A stretch of DNA of 63,833 bases, filler included, from Octopus bimaculoides (taxonomy: Eukaryota): NCBI RefSeq assembly GCF_001194135.2. It is 5 parts of 5 records of this genome, joined end to end, with 100 filler letters (N's around TTAATTAATTAA, not from the genome) between each part and the next. Parts side by side here need not be neighbours in the genome. Positions count along the whole stretch, not along the records: positions 1 to 31,249 come from NC_069006.1; 4 more parts are not named here. One strand, given 5' to 3'. The notes under the pieces are model-generated. The model made no database searches. It saw only the letters and a list, made by a program, of their open reading frames with translations, and was not told the origin of the DNA. A program made the translations under genes and the position numbers. Of this stretch, positions 1 through 11,529 are shown in pieces; within the stretch, counting starts at the first letter, position 1; the number at the start of each line of letters is the position of its first letter.

Positions 1-111
1 ACATATACATATATATATATATATACATGCACAGTTCCATGTGACTTTGAGTTTAGCAGGCCTCTAACAGAAGCCCATCTTTTTGAGGCTATAGATTACT
101 GAATCGTGTAT

Positions 112-275
112 ATATGGCCGGTTTATGTGGTTACCTAGTGTTTCATGTCCATAAAGCACTTAGCTTTGCAGTGTCTTTTCATATAGGCAAAAGAGTTTAG
201 GGTTTGAAGAAACACTGTAAATCTAAGCGCTTTGCGAATGTGAAACTCCGAGTAACCCCATAAACCAGCCATATT
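112..275. mobile_element. Small foldback/MITE-like element with ~70-bp imperfect terminal inverted repeats
   Basis: Left arm ATATGGCCGGTTTATGTGGTTACC...GCAGTGTCTTTTC aligns with the reverse complement of the right arm GAAGAAACACTGTAAA...TAAACCAGCCATAT. A related partial copy lies at ~60777-60860. Confidence 0.6.
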
Positions 276-551
276 TATCGTTATCTATATACTCTACTGT
301 TCTGTAACTTAGTGTGTGCTCCTTTTGCAGATTCATGATTTAATGACGATATATGATAATATATATATAAACTGATCGCAGAAATTACATTATTTTTTAT
401 AACCTGTTACTAAGATCATAAGTCACTTTTTGTTGAACCTCTATGTTAATGGGACATAAACAAACCAACACTGGTTGTCAAGTGGTGCTGATGGACAAAC
501 AGAAACACAATGACACACATACATTCACAGATACATAATACAACATACATG

Positions 552-627
552 CGTACATAAATATGTACGTACATAAATATGTACGTACATAAATATGTAC
601 GTACATAAATATGTACATACATAAATA
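552..627. repeat. 16-bp minisatellite (TACATAAATATGTACG)n, ~4.5 copies
   Basis: Direct reading of tandem units. Confidence 0.85.
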
Positions 628-660
628 CCAACATACATACATACATGCACACACATGTAT

Positions 661-820
661 ACGGTGAGCTTCTTTTAGTTTCTGTCAACAAAATCCACAC
701 AGAAGGATTTGGTCAGCCTGAGGCTAGTGTAGAAAACTTGCCCAAGGTGCCGCACAGTGGGACTGAACCCAAAAGCACATAGTTAGGAAGCAAGCTTTTT
801 AACCACACAGGCATGCCTGT
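661..820 (-). mobile_element. tRNA-derived SINE, family B (GGAGTGGCTGTGTGGTAAG head), 5' part
   Basis: Reverse complement matches the head/body of the full copy at 50087-50559 (GGTTCAGTCCCACTG.GCACCTTGGGCAAG). Confidence 0.8.
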
Positions 821-884
821 ACCAAACTATCTATTTACCTACCCACCCATCTACCTACCTAGCAACCTACCTACCTACTCACCC

Positions 885-917
<33 letters not shown>

Positions 918-1175
918 ATTCTCTCTCTCTCTTTCTCTCTCTCTCTATCTATTCAATATTATCTGGTAATAACCCCATAGTGTGCAATTCAAAGCTCCCA
1001 TGCTGTTATTGGCTACCATATGCCATCATACAACAAGGTTATTTCTTTTACTGGGTATACATGTAGAACTCTATTAGTATATAGAATTTATCTAGAAATT
1101 TATGCAACTAAAAAATTAAATAAATAGGTTTTAATTATTTATAACTTACAACATTTATTTCTGCGCAATGACAAC

Positions 1176-2176
1176 AACTTTAAGTTGCTGAGTTTTTATT
1201 ATCATACCATTACATAAAATTATCTTATAAATAATTCAGCAGTATTAGCATCAAGCAGTATTTAGGCATAAGTGAACTTTAAGTTAGTTAAAATATGTAT
1301 GTGACATATTTCAACTTCTATAGGTAAATTGATAGCCGTTACCATAGAGAAAGAATTCTCTCTTATGATAAAAAGTGTAAAAACACTCCAGCCTGATGTT
1401 CTAATAGTACAAATCAGTCAATGTTGTTGCCTGTGTTTTAGTTAAAGCTATGGCTTTAAATCCGTCCAAAGTTACCTCTCTTTGGTATTTCCCATTGATA
1501 ATGACCAAAGAGCTAGAAATGCAGTATCTGGAATTTGACAGAAGGCAGCACTAGACAGATATAGTGCTTTTACACCTTTTACCATGAGAGAATTTTTTTC
1601 CACACAATAACTGCAGCGAATTTGCCTTTAGACATTAAATGTCACAAACATATTTTAACTCAGCTAAAGTTCACTTATGCTCATATATTGCTTGGTGCTG
1701 AAACTGCTGTAATTTCATCTGACCTGGCAATCTAATAGTACAACTGAGTCGATGTTGTTGGCTTTGTTTTCGTTCAAACTATGGCTTTAAATCTATCCAG
1801 AGTTAGCTCTTCCCATTGATAACAGTAAAGAGCTAGAAACAAAACCTCTGGGAATCGAACAGCGGGTAGCCCTGGATAGATATGGTATTTTTACACCTTT
1901 TACCATAAGAGAATTTTTTGTCCATGGTAACTGCTGTGAAATTACCTTCAAAAGTTGTAATATACCGCAAATATGTTTTAACTAACTTAGGGTTTTCCTA
2001 TAGATATTAACATAAATGAATGCAACCCAACAACAGTTGTGTGCCTACACTTCATCAGGTAGATTGCTTTAAAAGCACTGCTAGATCACTCTATTGCTGG
2101 AACATACTTATGTAATTATATATAAAATAATTTTATGTAATGGTATGAGAATGAAAATTTAGTGACTTAAAGCTGG
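1176..2176. mobile_element. Degenerate composite inverted-repeat (foldback-like) element
   Basis: 1176-1230 is inverted relative to 2122-2176. The internal module at ~1230-1390 recurs in reverse at ~1560-1720 and ~1880-2000. ~1405-1625 and ~1745-1950 are direct repeats of each other. Confidence 0.55.
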
Positions 2177-2245
2177 TACTATACCACAGAAACAAATGTA
2201 ATTTGTAATTAAAGCCTGTTTGTTCTACTTTCTTATATATAAATA

Positions 2246-2252
2246 TAAATTG

Positions 2253-2343
<91 letters not shown>
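2246..2343. repeat. (CA)n microsatellite
   Basis: Pure CA tract. Confidence 0.95.
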
Positions 2344-2346
<3 letters not shown>

Positions 2347-2899
2347 GTGTCAAGTGATGGCTAAGTAGGTGGTTAAGTAAAAAGACTGACCAACAGCTGT
2401 TCAGTGAATGATGTAGATAGGTGTTTTATAGACGGAGAGGCAGACATATCGATTAACAGATAAGTAGGAAGAAGCCAACAGATTGTTTAATTGATTTCCT
2501 GATTGAGTTATTGATTGATTGATTAGCAGACACTGACAGATATGGAGAAAGAGTGGAAGGAAGGAATGAGTTACTGTTGTTGTTATTTTTGTTTGTATTA
2601 TTTCTGTTGTTGGTGGTGGTATTGCATTTGTTGCTGGTTAGTCTCAGATTAACTTGATATATGATTAAAGGCTATTCTGTCCTTTTTCTTGTGGCATAGT
2701 GTATCTAGAACTACATCATTCAATGTGCCATTTGACTTTTATTAAGACACTAAGGTATTATTTGAGTCAGATTTAGCTGCTATTTCTAATAGCCTTTACA
2801 ATAGTACAGAATTCCTTTTTGATACAATGTATTAAACCACACACACACAAACACACACGCACATACACATACAAATATTACACACCCATAAACATGTAC

Positions 2900-3065
2900 A
2901 TATGGAAAAAGCTTCCACACAGTTTCCATCTACCATATCCACTCAGAAGGCTTTGGTCAGCTCAAGGCCATAGCAGAAGACACTTGTCTAAGTGGGATTG
3001 AACCTGGATTGAACCTGGAATAACAAGACTGTTAAGAGAGCTTCTTAACCACACAGCTCTGCTTA
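2900..3065 (-). mobile_element. SINE family B, 5' part (diverged)
   Basis: CTTCCACACAGTTTCCATCTACC..CCACTCAGAAGGCTTTGGTCAGC..GACACTTG matches the family B body. Confidence 0.7.
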
Positions 3066-3079
3066 TACAAATGTTGTGT

Positions 3080-3119
<40 letters not shown>

Positions 3120-3143
3120 ACACAGAAGAGAGAGAAAGAGAGA

Positions 3144-3200
<57 letters not shown>

Positions 3201-3247
3201 ATAGACTCCTGTACAGGACTGACTTTTCAGCAAAATATTTTATTATA

Positions 3248-3325
3248 GCTCTGAAGAGGCTATGAGAATATACACTGGCACTTGCTATTGTGTACTGTGT
3301 TGCAGTAGCTGAAACATCTGTAAGC
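3248..3325 (+). ncRNA. Type I hammerhead ribozyme-like motif with long helix II (probably PLE-derived, possibly decayed)
   Basis: CTGAAGA (3251-3257), helix II GGCTA/TAGCT (3258-3262/3306-3310), GAAA (3311-3314), CA-TC-TG helix III, TA cleavage site (3321-3322), helix I GCT/AGC. Confidence 0.5.
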
Positions 3326-3379
3326 CAAAGTACTCAATTACATAATTCCTTTTCTGTTGTTATTTACATACATACGTGC

Positions 3380-3425
<46 letters not shown>

Positions 3426-3737
3426 ACCCCAAACGGATGAAAGACATAGATAAGCTTGTAGAGATTTGAACTGAGTGTGGGGTGAGCCGGAGGCATTACC
3501 GCAAACGATTTTGCCTCGTGCTCTTACAGCTGAATGTCTGTGTATGTCTGTGTGTGTGTGTGTACGTATGTTTATGTGTGTGCATGTGTGTATATGTATG
3601 TGTTTGTGTATGTGTGTGTACGATTGTGTGTTTACATGCATACACACGTATATATGAATATACACAAATATGTACATGCATATTTATACATATGTGTGTG
3701 AGTATGTATGATAGAGATAGGTAGATAAGGAGATAGG

Positions 3738-3797
<60 letters not shown>

Positions 3798-3949
3798 GAA
3801 AGAGAGAGAGAAAGGGTGAGAGAGACGGAGGGATAGGGGGAAGGTGAGAAAGAAATAGATATTTAAATAGATAAAGAGAGAGAGAAAGATATGATGAATG
3901 CCATATGTTGTTGAAAATGTTCTGAATATACGCCCAGATACATACTTCA

Positions 3950-4340
3950 GGCACATACACACACACACACACACACACGTACATACACACTCGCATACAT
4001 CCACACACATCCAAACACACACATACACACTCACACACAAGTACGTGCACGCACACACACACACATACGCACACGCGCGCGCACATACACACACACATAC
4101 ATACGCACACACTCGCATACATCCACACATCCAAACACACAATCACACACACACATACACACTCACACACAAGTACGTGCACGCACACACACATACATAC
4201 GCACACGCGCGCGCGCACACACACACAGACACACACAGACACGTACACACGCTCGCATACATCCACACACATCCAAACACACAAACACACACATACACAC
4301 TCACACACAAGTACGTGAACGCATACACACACACACGCGA
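3950..4340. repeat. CA-derived higher-order tandem repeat, ~120-130-bp unit, ~3 copies
   Basis: The anchor CGCATACATCCACAC..ATCCAAACACAC..CACTCACACACAAGTACGTG recurs three times. Confidence 0.8.
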
Positions 4341-4821
4341 AACGTATCGTATTGGTAGTCATGGAAGGCAGTGGCAGCCGACATTAAAATTATAAATATT
4401 TAATGTGAAATGTGTAAAGTAAATGGTTTGTATTCATTATAAAAGCGGTAATTAAACTCATTAAAATCAGTGTATAATTTAGGAAATAGTTAATATGTTA
4501 ATTAGCCTTGTTTTTTTTTTAATGTTTTTAAACATCATCAGTTGCACAAACATCGTGTATGTGTTTTGTTCATACGACAAATTTGCTGCGGGGTAGCACA
4601 TCCGAGGAAAGTTGCCCAAACGATGCTGAGTGTTAAAGACCACCCGAATCTGAATGTCACACACCAGGTGGGACAACTCGCTTCGGAATCACTGAGAATG
4701 GTAGATATCGATATTTCACCATTATTCGTGCTTCTTGAAAGTGAAAGAAGCCTGTCGTATATATATATATATATTTATGTGTGTGTGTGTGTGTATGTTT
4801 GTATGTCTGTGTTTGTCCCGG

Positions 4822-5614
4822 ATCTTTGTTATTTGACGGGCAACATTTTTTTATGTAGTGTTTTTGGTACCGAAACACTTTCAAACTTCGAATACTTGTA
4901 TATTTTGTGTTATAGAACAGATAAAAAATTTTGTATTCTAAGTTATTTCATGTAAAAATTTGTCGTATTTCGGTAATTTCAACCAATCACTGACGTCTAT
5001 TGAATGTAAACAACGGTGTTACGGAATTTTTTCCCTTGAATAAAATTAGTGCCGTTGTTTGTCAACAAAAACTATCCGTTGTCAACAAAAACTATCAGTG
5101 GTATATATTTCGTTTGTCACTGTTATTTATGACATCGTTCGTGCGTTTGTACTGGTTTTAGCTTTAGGGTTTTAGGGTTAGGGTTCGGGTTTTAGAGTTA
5201 GGGTTAGTTTTAGGATTACGGTTAGGGTTACGATTATTTTTTGCCATAACCTTAACTCTAACCATATAACTCATAACCATAACCCTAACCCTAACCCTGA
5301 CCCCCAACCCTAACCCTAAAACCCGAACCCTAACCCTAAAACCCTAAACCCTTACTAGGGAATAATGATATAATTAAACAGGGAATAACACACTTGACAC
5401 CGAACAGCTCTAACTGTATTCAGCTGAATAGACGTCAGTGATTGGTTGAAATTACAGAAATACGACAACTTTAACATGAAATAACTTGCGATGTATAATT
5501 TTTTGTTAAGAAGGTTAAGAGAAGAAGTTGTTTTATATGACACATTCTACTAGTGTCCCAAGTTTGAAAGTGTTTCGTTCAGAAAACAAGTGTTGCCCGT
5601 CAAATCACAAAGAT
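4822..5614. mobile_element. Non-autonomous DNA transposon (MITE) with ~200-bp TIRs and internal inverted telomere-like arrays
   Basis: ATCTTTGTTATTTGACGGGCAACA... at 4822 is the reverse complement of ...TGTTGCCCGTCAAATCACAAAGAT at 5614, with homology continuing ~200 bp to AACCAATCACTGACGTCTATT. TTAGGG-type array at 5155-5232 and CCCTAA-type array at 5244-5352. Confidence 0.8.
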
Positions 5615-6109
5615 NNNNNNNNNNNNNNNNNNNNNNNNNNNNNNNNNNNNNNNNNNNNNNNNNNNNNNNNNNNNNNNNNNNNNNNNNNNNNNNNNNNNNN
5701 NNNNNNNNNNNNNNNNNNNNNNNNNNNNNNNNNNNNNNNNNNNNNNNNNNNNNNNNNNNNNNNNNNNNNNNNNNNNNNNNNNNNNNNNNNNNNNNNNNNN
5801 NNNNNNNNNNNNNNNNNNNNNNNNNNNNNNNNNNNNNNNNNNNNNNNNNNNNNNNNNNNNNNNNNNNNNNNNNNNNNNNNNNNNNNNNNNNNNNNNNNNN
5901 NNNNNNNNNNNNNNNNNNNNNNNNNNNNNNNNNNNNNNNNNNNNNNNNNNNNNNNNNNNNNNNNNNNNNNNNNNNNNNNNNNNNNNNNNNNNNNNNNNNN
6001 NNNNNNNNNNNNNNNNNNNNNNNNNNNNNNNNNNNNNNNNNNNNNNNNNNNNNNNNNNNNNNNNNNNNNNNNNNNNNNNNNNNNNNNNNNNNNNNNNNNN
6101 NNNNNNNNN

Positions 6110-6135
6110 AGCCTGTCATATATATATATATATAT

Positions 6136-6183
<48 letters not shown>

Positions 6184-6281
6184 GTATGTATGTGTGTTTG
6201 TGTGTCTGTGTTTGTCCCCACCAACATCGCTTGATAACCGACTTTAGTGTGTTTACGCCCCCGTAACTTAGCGGTTCGGCA
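6110..6281 (+). mobile_element. SINE family B, internal part
   Basis: GCCTGTC(TA)n(GT)nGTGTTTGTCCCC..CATCGCTTGATAACCG..CCCCGTAACTTAGCGGTTCGGCA. Confidence 0.8.
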
Positions 6282-6292
6282 CATAGAATTAT

Positions 6293-6690
6293 TAAGGTGG
6301 CAAGCCAGCAGAATTGTTAGCACGCCGGACAAAGTGCTTAGCGGTATTTCATTGGTCTTTACGTTCTGAGTTCAAATTCCGCCGAGGTCGACCTAGCCTT
6401 TCATCCTTTCGGAATTGATGAAATAAGTACCAGTTGACTTCTGAGGTCAGTCTGGTTGACTAGTCTCTTCCTTCAAAATTTCAGGCCTTGTGCTTATAGT
6501 AGAAAGGATTATTAAGGCGGTGAGCTGGTAGAATCGTTAGAATGACGGAGAACATCTTTCACGGCATTTTGTCTGCCTTTAATCCATTCAGGATCGATAA
6601 AAAAAATTACCAGCTGAGCACTAGGGTTGATGTAATCGACTTCCCATCCAAAATACTGCTGGCCCTGTGCCAAAGTTCGAAACCATTATT
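6293..6690 (+). mobile_element. Two tandem SINE family A copies (tRNA head plus Meta/Sauria-like central domain)
   Basis: AAGGCGGTGAGCTGGCAGAATCGTTAG head, GTTCTGAGTTCAAATTCC B-box, GGTCGAC..GCCTTTCATCCTTTCGG..GAT.AAATAAGTACCAG core. Copies at ~6293-6500 and ~6512-6690. Confidence 0.85.
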
Positions 6691-6889
6691 TATAGCTTCA
6701 TCTATTTCGAGTTGAACTCTTAAAAACGAATTATTTCGCGTTCTTTTGAAGATTCTAAATTCTAATGAGGTAAATAACAATTCTGATTCAGACCAGAATT
6801 TCTTGTAAAACAGAGTCAAAAGGGGAAAAAAAAAATCTTGCAATAATTAGCAAAGACGGGATTGGTGCCACCAAAGCTGACTGCTATAA

Positions 6890-7335
6890 GCTGAGAGCAT
6901 GATATTGGCCAACCTACTCTGTGTAATATCGTACAGAAGGCAAAAATTTATAAAGAATAGGGACAAAGTGCTTGTTCTACGTTGCGTTGAATTTTTCCAA
7001 GTGAAAAGAAGCGGAAACAAAGAAGTGTTTGATGTGGAACGTCTTTTGTCAATTTGGTTGGAAGATTACAACAGAAAAGGGAATTCCTTGATGTGAAATA
7101 ATGGTCGTCAAAATAAAGGCTGTTCAGTGTCTTTGTGGTAGTCCAAAGAAAAATAGAAAATGGAAAAGGAAACTGAAGTGGGGAGTCAGGGTAGGGTGAA
7201 GGGAGTTAACGAAGCATTTTCTAGAAGTTCTAGATGGTTCGGCAGGTTCAGATAACTATATGGAATTCGTAATGTTAAAGGTTGTAGTGAAAAGTGGAGA
7301 TGATGATACAACAACCAGGTAAACTGCTGAACTGG
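6890..7335 (+). mobile_element. Tigger/pogo transposase remnant (CENP-B-like HTH region)
   Basis: Translates DVERLLSIWLEDYNRKG and EAFSRSSRWFGRFR*LYGIRNVKG, resembling the pogo/Tigger MEKLLSxWIEDQ and FxASxGWFxRFKxRxGLHNVK motifs. Stop codons present. Confidence 0.65.
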
Positions 7336-7382
7336 AGAAAAGTTGAAGATTAACAAATCATAAATGCAGATGAATCTAATGA

Positions 7383-7438
<56 letters not shown>

Positions 7439-7673
7439 TATATGTATACATATAGATGCATATACGTATATATGTGTACATATATATATATATATATATG
7501 CATATAAGTATATATATATATGCATATATATGTGCATATATATGCATATATATATATGCATATATATGCATATATATGCGTATATATATGCATATATATA
7601 TGCATATATATGTATGTGTATATATGAGACCAACACACATACATACATATGCATATATATGCATATATGTATG

Positions 7674-7748
<75 letters not shown>

Positions 7749-7798
7749 GTATATATATATATATACATCCATCCATCATCCATACACATCCATACACA

Positions 7799-9048
7799 CA
7801 GGGGTTGCACAAAATAATGGAAACACCTTGCTAAATAAAAGTTTTGTTATTTAATAAGGAGTTGATCCTCCTTTAGTTGCAATAATTACTGCGATACGCC
7901 GAGGAATAGACTTACAAAACTCTTGAACAGTTGCTAGAGGAATTTTGAGATATTCATTAAGCAAAATCTGCTCCAGTTCCTTCAGTGGCATTGGAGGAGG
8001 GAAGCGATTCCTCACTTGTTGCTGCAAAGTGCACCATAAATGTTCAATAATATTTTGATCTTGTGATTGTGCAGACCAATTTAAGTGTTCCACTCCACTT
8101 TTGTGTTCTAGAAACCAATTCCGAACCACTGTAGCAGTGTGGATTGGCGCATTATCGTCTAAGAAGATTACTTCGCCATTAGGAAATAATGCATGCACCA
8201 TAAGATGAACTTGGTTGGCCAAAATTTGTAAATACATCTGGGAGTTCACTTTGCCATGAAGTGCAACTTCAGGACCAAGAGAAGTTCAAGACAGGTTCCC
8301 AAACCATCACAGATCCACCTCCATACTTAACAGCAAGGACCAAGCAGCCAGGGTCAATAGGCTTCTTTGGGCTGCCTTCAGACGCAAACTCGTTCTGAGC
8401 TTGGCAAAAACCATGAAAGACGATTCATCCGAGTAGATAACACTCTTCCATCGATGCATTAGCCACTTCTGATGATCGTTACACCATTTTTATCGCTTCC
8501 CCCTATTGATGTCAGTGAGAAGAGGTTTTGCAATTTCAAAATTCCCTATGATGTCCAGCACTGTGGAGGTCGCTATGAACGGTTTTGGTTTTACTCTGCT
8601 GTCACTTTCGTTGCAGTAGTTTCATGATTTTTGGAAGCCATGCGTTTTAATGCTGTCCGATCCCTTTCTGAAAGTACTGTCTTCCGGCCAGAATTACACT
8701 TTTCAGATCTCATTTCCCATTGTTTTTGGAATGTTGCCATAATTTTAGAGGCAGTACCTCTCGAAACATGAAATAATTATGCAGTTTTCGTAACTGAGGC
8801 TCCAGCCATCCGGGTTCCAACAATTTGCCCTCTTTGAAAATCAATAAGGTCACACATTTCATTATGTATAAACATGATTATCTAAAACCGATAAGATATA
8901 AGATTATACCATTAGGCCCTTAATGTCAGCAATGCGTTTACATATCACTTGCAAGCGATCCAAATTCTTATAAACGACTCATCTGGATTAAAAATACTGT
9001 AAAATAAGCAATAAGCACTGGCGTTTCCATTATTTTGTGTAACCCCTG
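7799..9048 (-). mobile_element. Near full-length degenerate Tc1-family DNA transposon
   Basis: TIRs CAGGGGTTGCACAAAATAATGGAAAC (7799) and GTTTCCATTATTTTGTGTAACCCCTG (ends 9048). Minus-strand WKSVIYSDESSF, FLDDNAPIHTA and DQNIIEHLW, ending KGGSTPY*. Frameshifted. Confidence 0.92.
7851..8249 (-). pseudogene. Tc1 transposase C-terminal DDE-domain fragment
   Basis: ORF with DDNAPIH and NIIEHLW catalytic motifs. Upstream part is in broken frames. Confidence 0.85.
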
Positions 9049-9066
9049 AATATTTTTGCCTCCACC

Positions 9067-9117
<51 letters not shown>

Positions 9118-9175
9118 NNNNNNNNNNNNNNNNNNNNNNNNNNNNNNNNNNNNNNNNNNNNNNNNNNNNNNNNNN

Positions 9176-9232
<57 letters not shown>

Positions 9233-9249
9233 CACGTGATCAACTTGAC

Positions 9250-9586
9250 TAGTGGTTCTGAACCAGGGTCCATATAATATTTTTGAGAGTCCACGCAACA
9301 AAATAGCGAATTGGGGATCTACAATAATATTTTAAAGGACCCCCGAAAAATTTTTGCTTTAGATGTAATGTATTGGTCTGTATTGCAAGAAACAGCTGGG
9401 TTTCTTTCTCTAACATTTTACAAATTGCAGCCTACACAAGTTAATGTGTGGAAAAGCAAGATAGGAATTTTGAAAGAAGTTTTTATAAAACTAGTTTTTA
9501 AACATAGAATGGTTATGGGGGGTCCACCATAATAAAATAGTAATCAAAGGGGTCCATAGATAAAAAGAAAATGGTTGAGAACCATA
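9250..9586. mobile_element. hAT (Charlie/MER5-like) MITE
   Basis: Ends TAGTGGTTCTGAACC and GGTTGAGAACCATAG resemble the hAT TIR CAGTGGTTCTCAACC, with subterminal GGGGTCC motifs. 8-bp TSD not recognisable. Confidence 0.65.
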
Positions 9587-9632
9587 GGAAAGTCCAAAAG
9601 AAAAGGAAGAAGGAGGAAAAAAAATCGCCAAC

Positions 9633-9680
<48 letters not shown>

Positions 9681-9969
9681 CTCTATATATATATATATAC
9701 ATATACATACATACATACACCAGACACGCACACACACACACGCACACGCACACACATACACATATATATTTATACATACTAGTTGTCGCTGAAATGTACA
9801 CCAACATCAAACTGCTACACTGCGTGACCTTTCTCGACCAATCGCAAGCTAACGTCCAGTAGTAAACATTGAATCTCTTCAATTGAACTCTCATTCAAAC
9901 CCCAATGGCCGAAGACTAGCCACACACTTGAAACTCAGAGTACCAAGGAGTCTGAATCAAACTGTTTTG

Positions 9970-10002
<33 letters not shown>

Positions 10003-10044
10003 ATCTCGAACTTCGAGTCACTGTTCTCTTAAATATTAATTACA

Positions 10045-10081
<37 letters not shown>

Positions 10082-10395
10082 TANNNNNNNNNNNNNNNNN
10101 NNNNNNNNNNNNNNNNNNNNNNNNNNNNNNNNNNNNNNNNNNNNNNNNNNNNNNNNNNNNNNNNNNNNNNNNNNNNNNNNNNNNNNNNNNNNNNNNNNNN
10201 NNNNNNNNNNNNNNNNNNNNNNNNNNNNNNNNNNNNNNNNNNNNNNNNNNNNNNNNNNNNNNNNNNNNNNNNNNNNNNNNNNNNNNNNNNNNNNNNNNAA
10301 AGTAAGAGGAAAAACAAGCGAAAATGCACATTTGAAATCAAAGAAAGAAAAGGCTTTTAACGAAAAATAACGATAGATATATACAATTAGATGAA

Positions 10396-10433
<38 letters not shown>

Positions 10434-10459
10434 ATGATTGACCGTTGACTGAACACTAT

Positions 10460-10625
10460 TCAATTTTTTTTCTCCGTGTTTTTCTCCTTGTCTCCGTATT
10501 CTTTCTGTTGAAGAGCGTAGCTCGAAACGTCAAAGACTTTCCGTATTCCCGAGCGTCATACTAATATATACTTTTGTTATTTACACCACCTGTCCTCGTC
10601 TGTTGTTATTTTTTGTATATTCTCC
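10460..10625 (+). mobile_element. Penelope-like terminal-repeat fragment carrying a mini-hammerhead-like motif
   Basis: TCTTT-CTGTTGAA-GAGC-GTA-GCTC-GAAA-CG-TC-AAAGA at 10500-10536. A reverse-strand relative lies at ~59470-59575 and a diverged core at ~19093-19130. Confidence 0.55.
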
Positions 10626-10699
10626 CATATATATATATACACACACATACATAGATACACACATATAGACATACACACGCACACATATATAGACACATA

Positions 10700-11010
10700 T
10701 CCTGTTGCATAAGAAGCCCTGTCCGATTTTCAGTATTAGTATTTATTTAAAAGTACAAACACGACATTTAATATCGCCAATTTAATCATTTATATTAAGT
10801 CATTCATTTTCTAGAATTTCGTTTTCGTAAATTTTTCAATGTTTTTCAATGCCTGGTTTGAAAAATTTCTTGGAGTTTTGCATTAAAAAATATATTTAAT
10901 CCATTTACTATGTCTTCCTTGGCGGCCATACTTTTCCCGATTAAATGGTTTTGGAATGATCTTAATCAGCCGTTCTCAGTCCTTGGGGTGACCACATTAG
11001 ATTTTGTTAA
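10700..11010 (-). mobile_element. Mariner 3' fragment
   Basis: Minus strand reads ...FQNHLIGKSMAAKEDIVNGLNIFFNAK, similar to mariner C-termini (LQNFLxGKKFxSxEDVKNxLxxFFxSK), then a TIR-like end beside TA. Confidence 0.5.
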
Positions 11011-11101
11011 AATTTATGAGCAATAAACTGGTTATATTTCTACATTACACAGAATATTTTAACAATTTCTTAATACAGTTCATAATAATATTTATTTAGA
11101 A

Positions 11102-11420
11102 AAAGGCGGCGTGCTGGCAGAAACGTTAGCACGCCGGGCGAAATGCTTAGCGCTATTTCGTCTGCTGTTACGTTCAGAACAGTCTTCTCCACAGACATGC
11201 ATACCCTTAACGTAGTTCTCAGGGAGATTCAGTGTGACACAGAGTCTGACAAGGCTGGAACCTTTGAATTACAGGTACACCTCATTTTTGCCAGCTGATT
11301 GGACTAGAGCGACATGTAATAAGGTGTCTTGCTCAAGGACACAACGCGTCGCCGGGTATTGAACTCGCGACCTTACAATCGCGAGTTGAATAACCTAGCC
11401 ACTAAGCCACACGCCTATAC
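11102..11420. mobile_element. SINE A head (+, 11102-11172) joined to SINE family C (-, ~11175-11420)
   Basis: A head GGCGGCGTGCTGGCAGAAACGTTAGCACGCCGGGCG. The C body GCCAGCTGA.TGGACT.GAGC...GTGTCTTGCTCAAGGACACAAC...CCACTAAGCCAC matches the copy at 24725-25042. Confidence 0.8.
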
Positions 11421-11529
11421 ACACACACAACCTACACACACACATACGCCCCCACGCCCCCTCACACGCCTACACACACATGCGCGCATGTTTATATACA
11501 TATGTGTGTGTGTGTGTGTGTAATTGTTT

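Noticed and set aside
5155-5352. Head-to-head telomere repeats as an ancestral chromosome fusion site
   Set aside because: The arrays are enclosed by ~200-bp TIRs and share mirrored variant units, which fits transposon-internal inverted duplication better.
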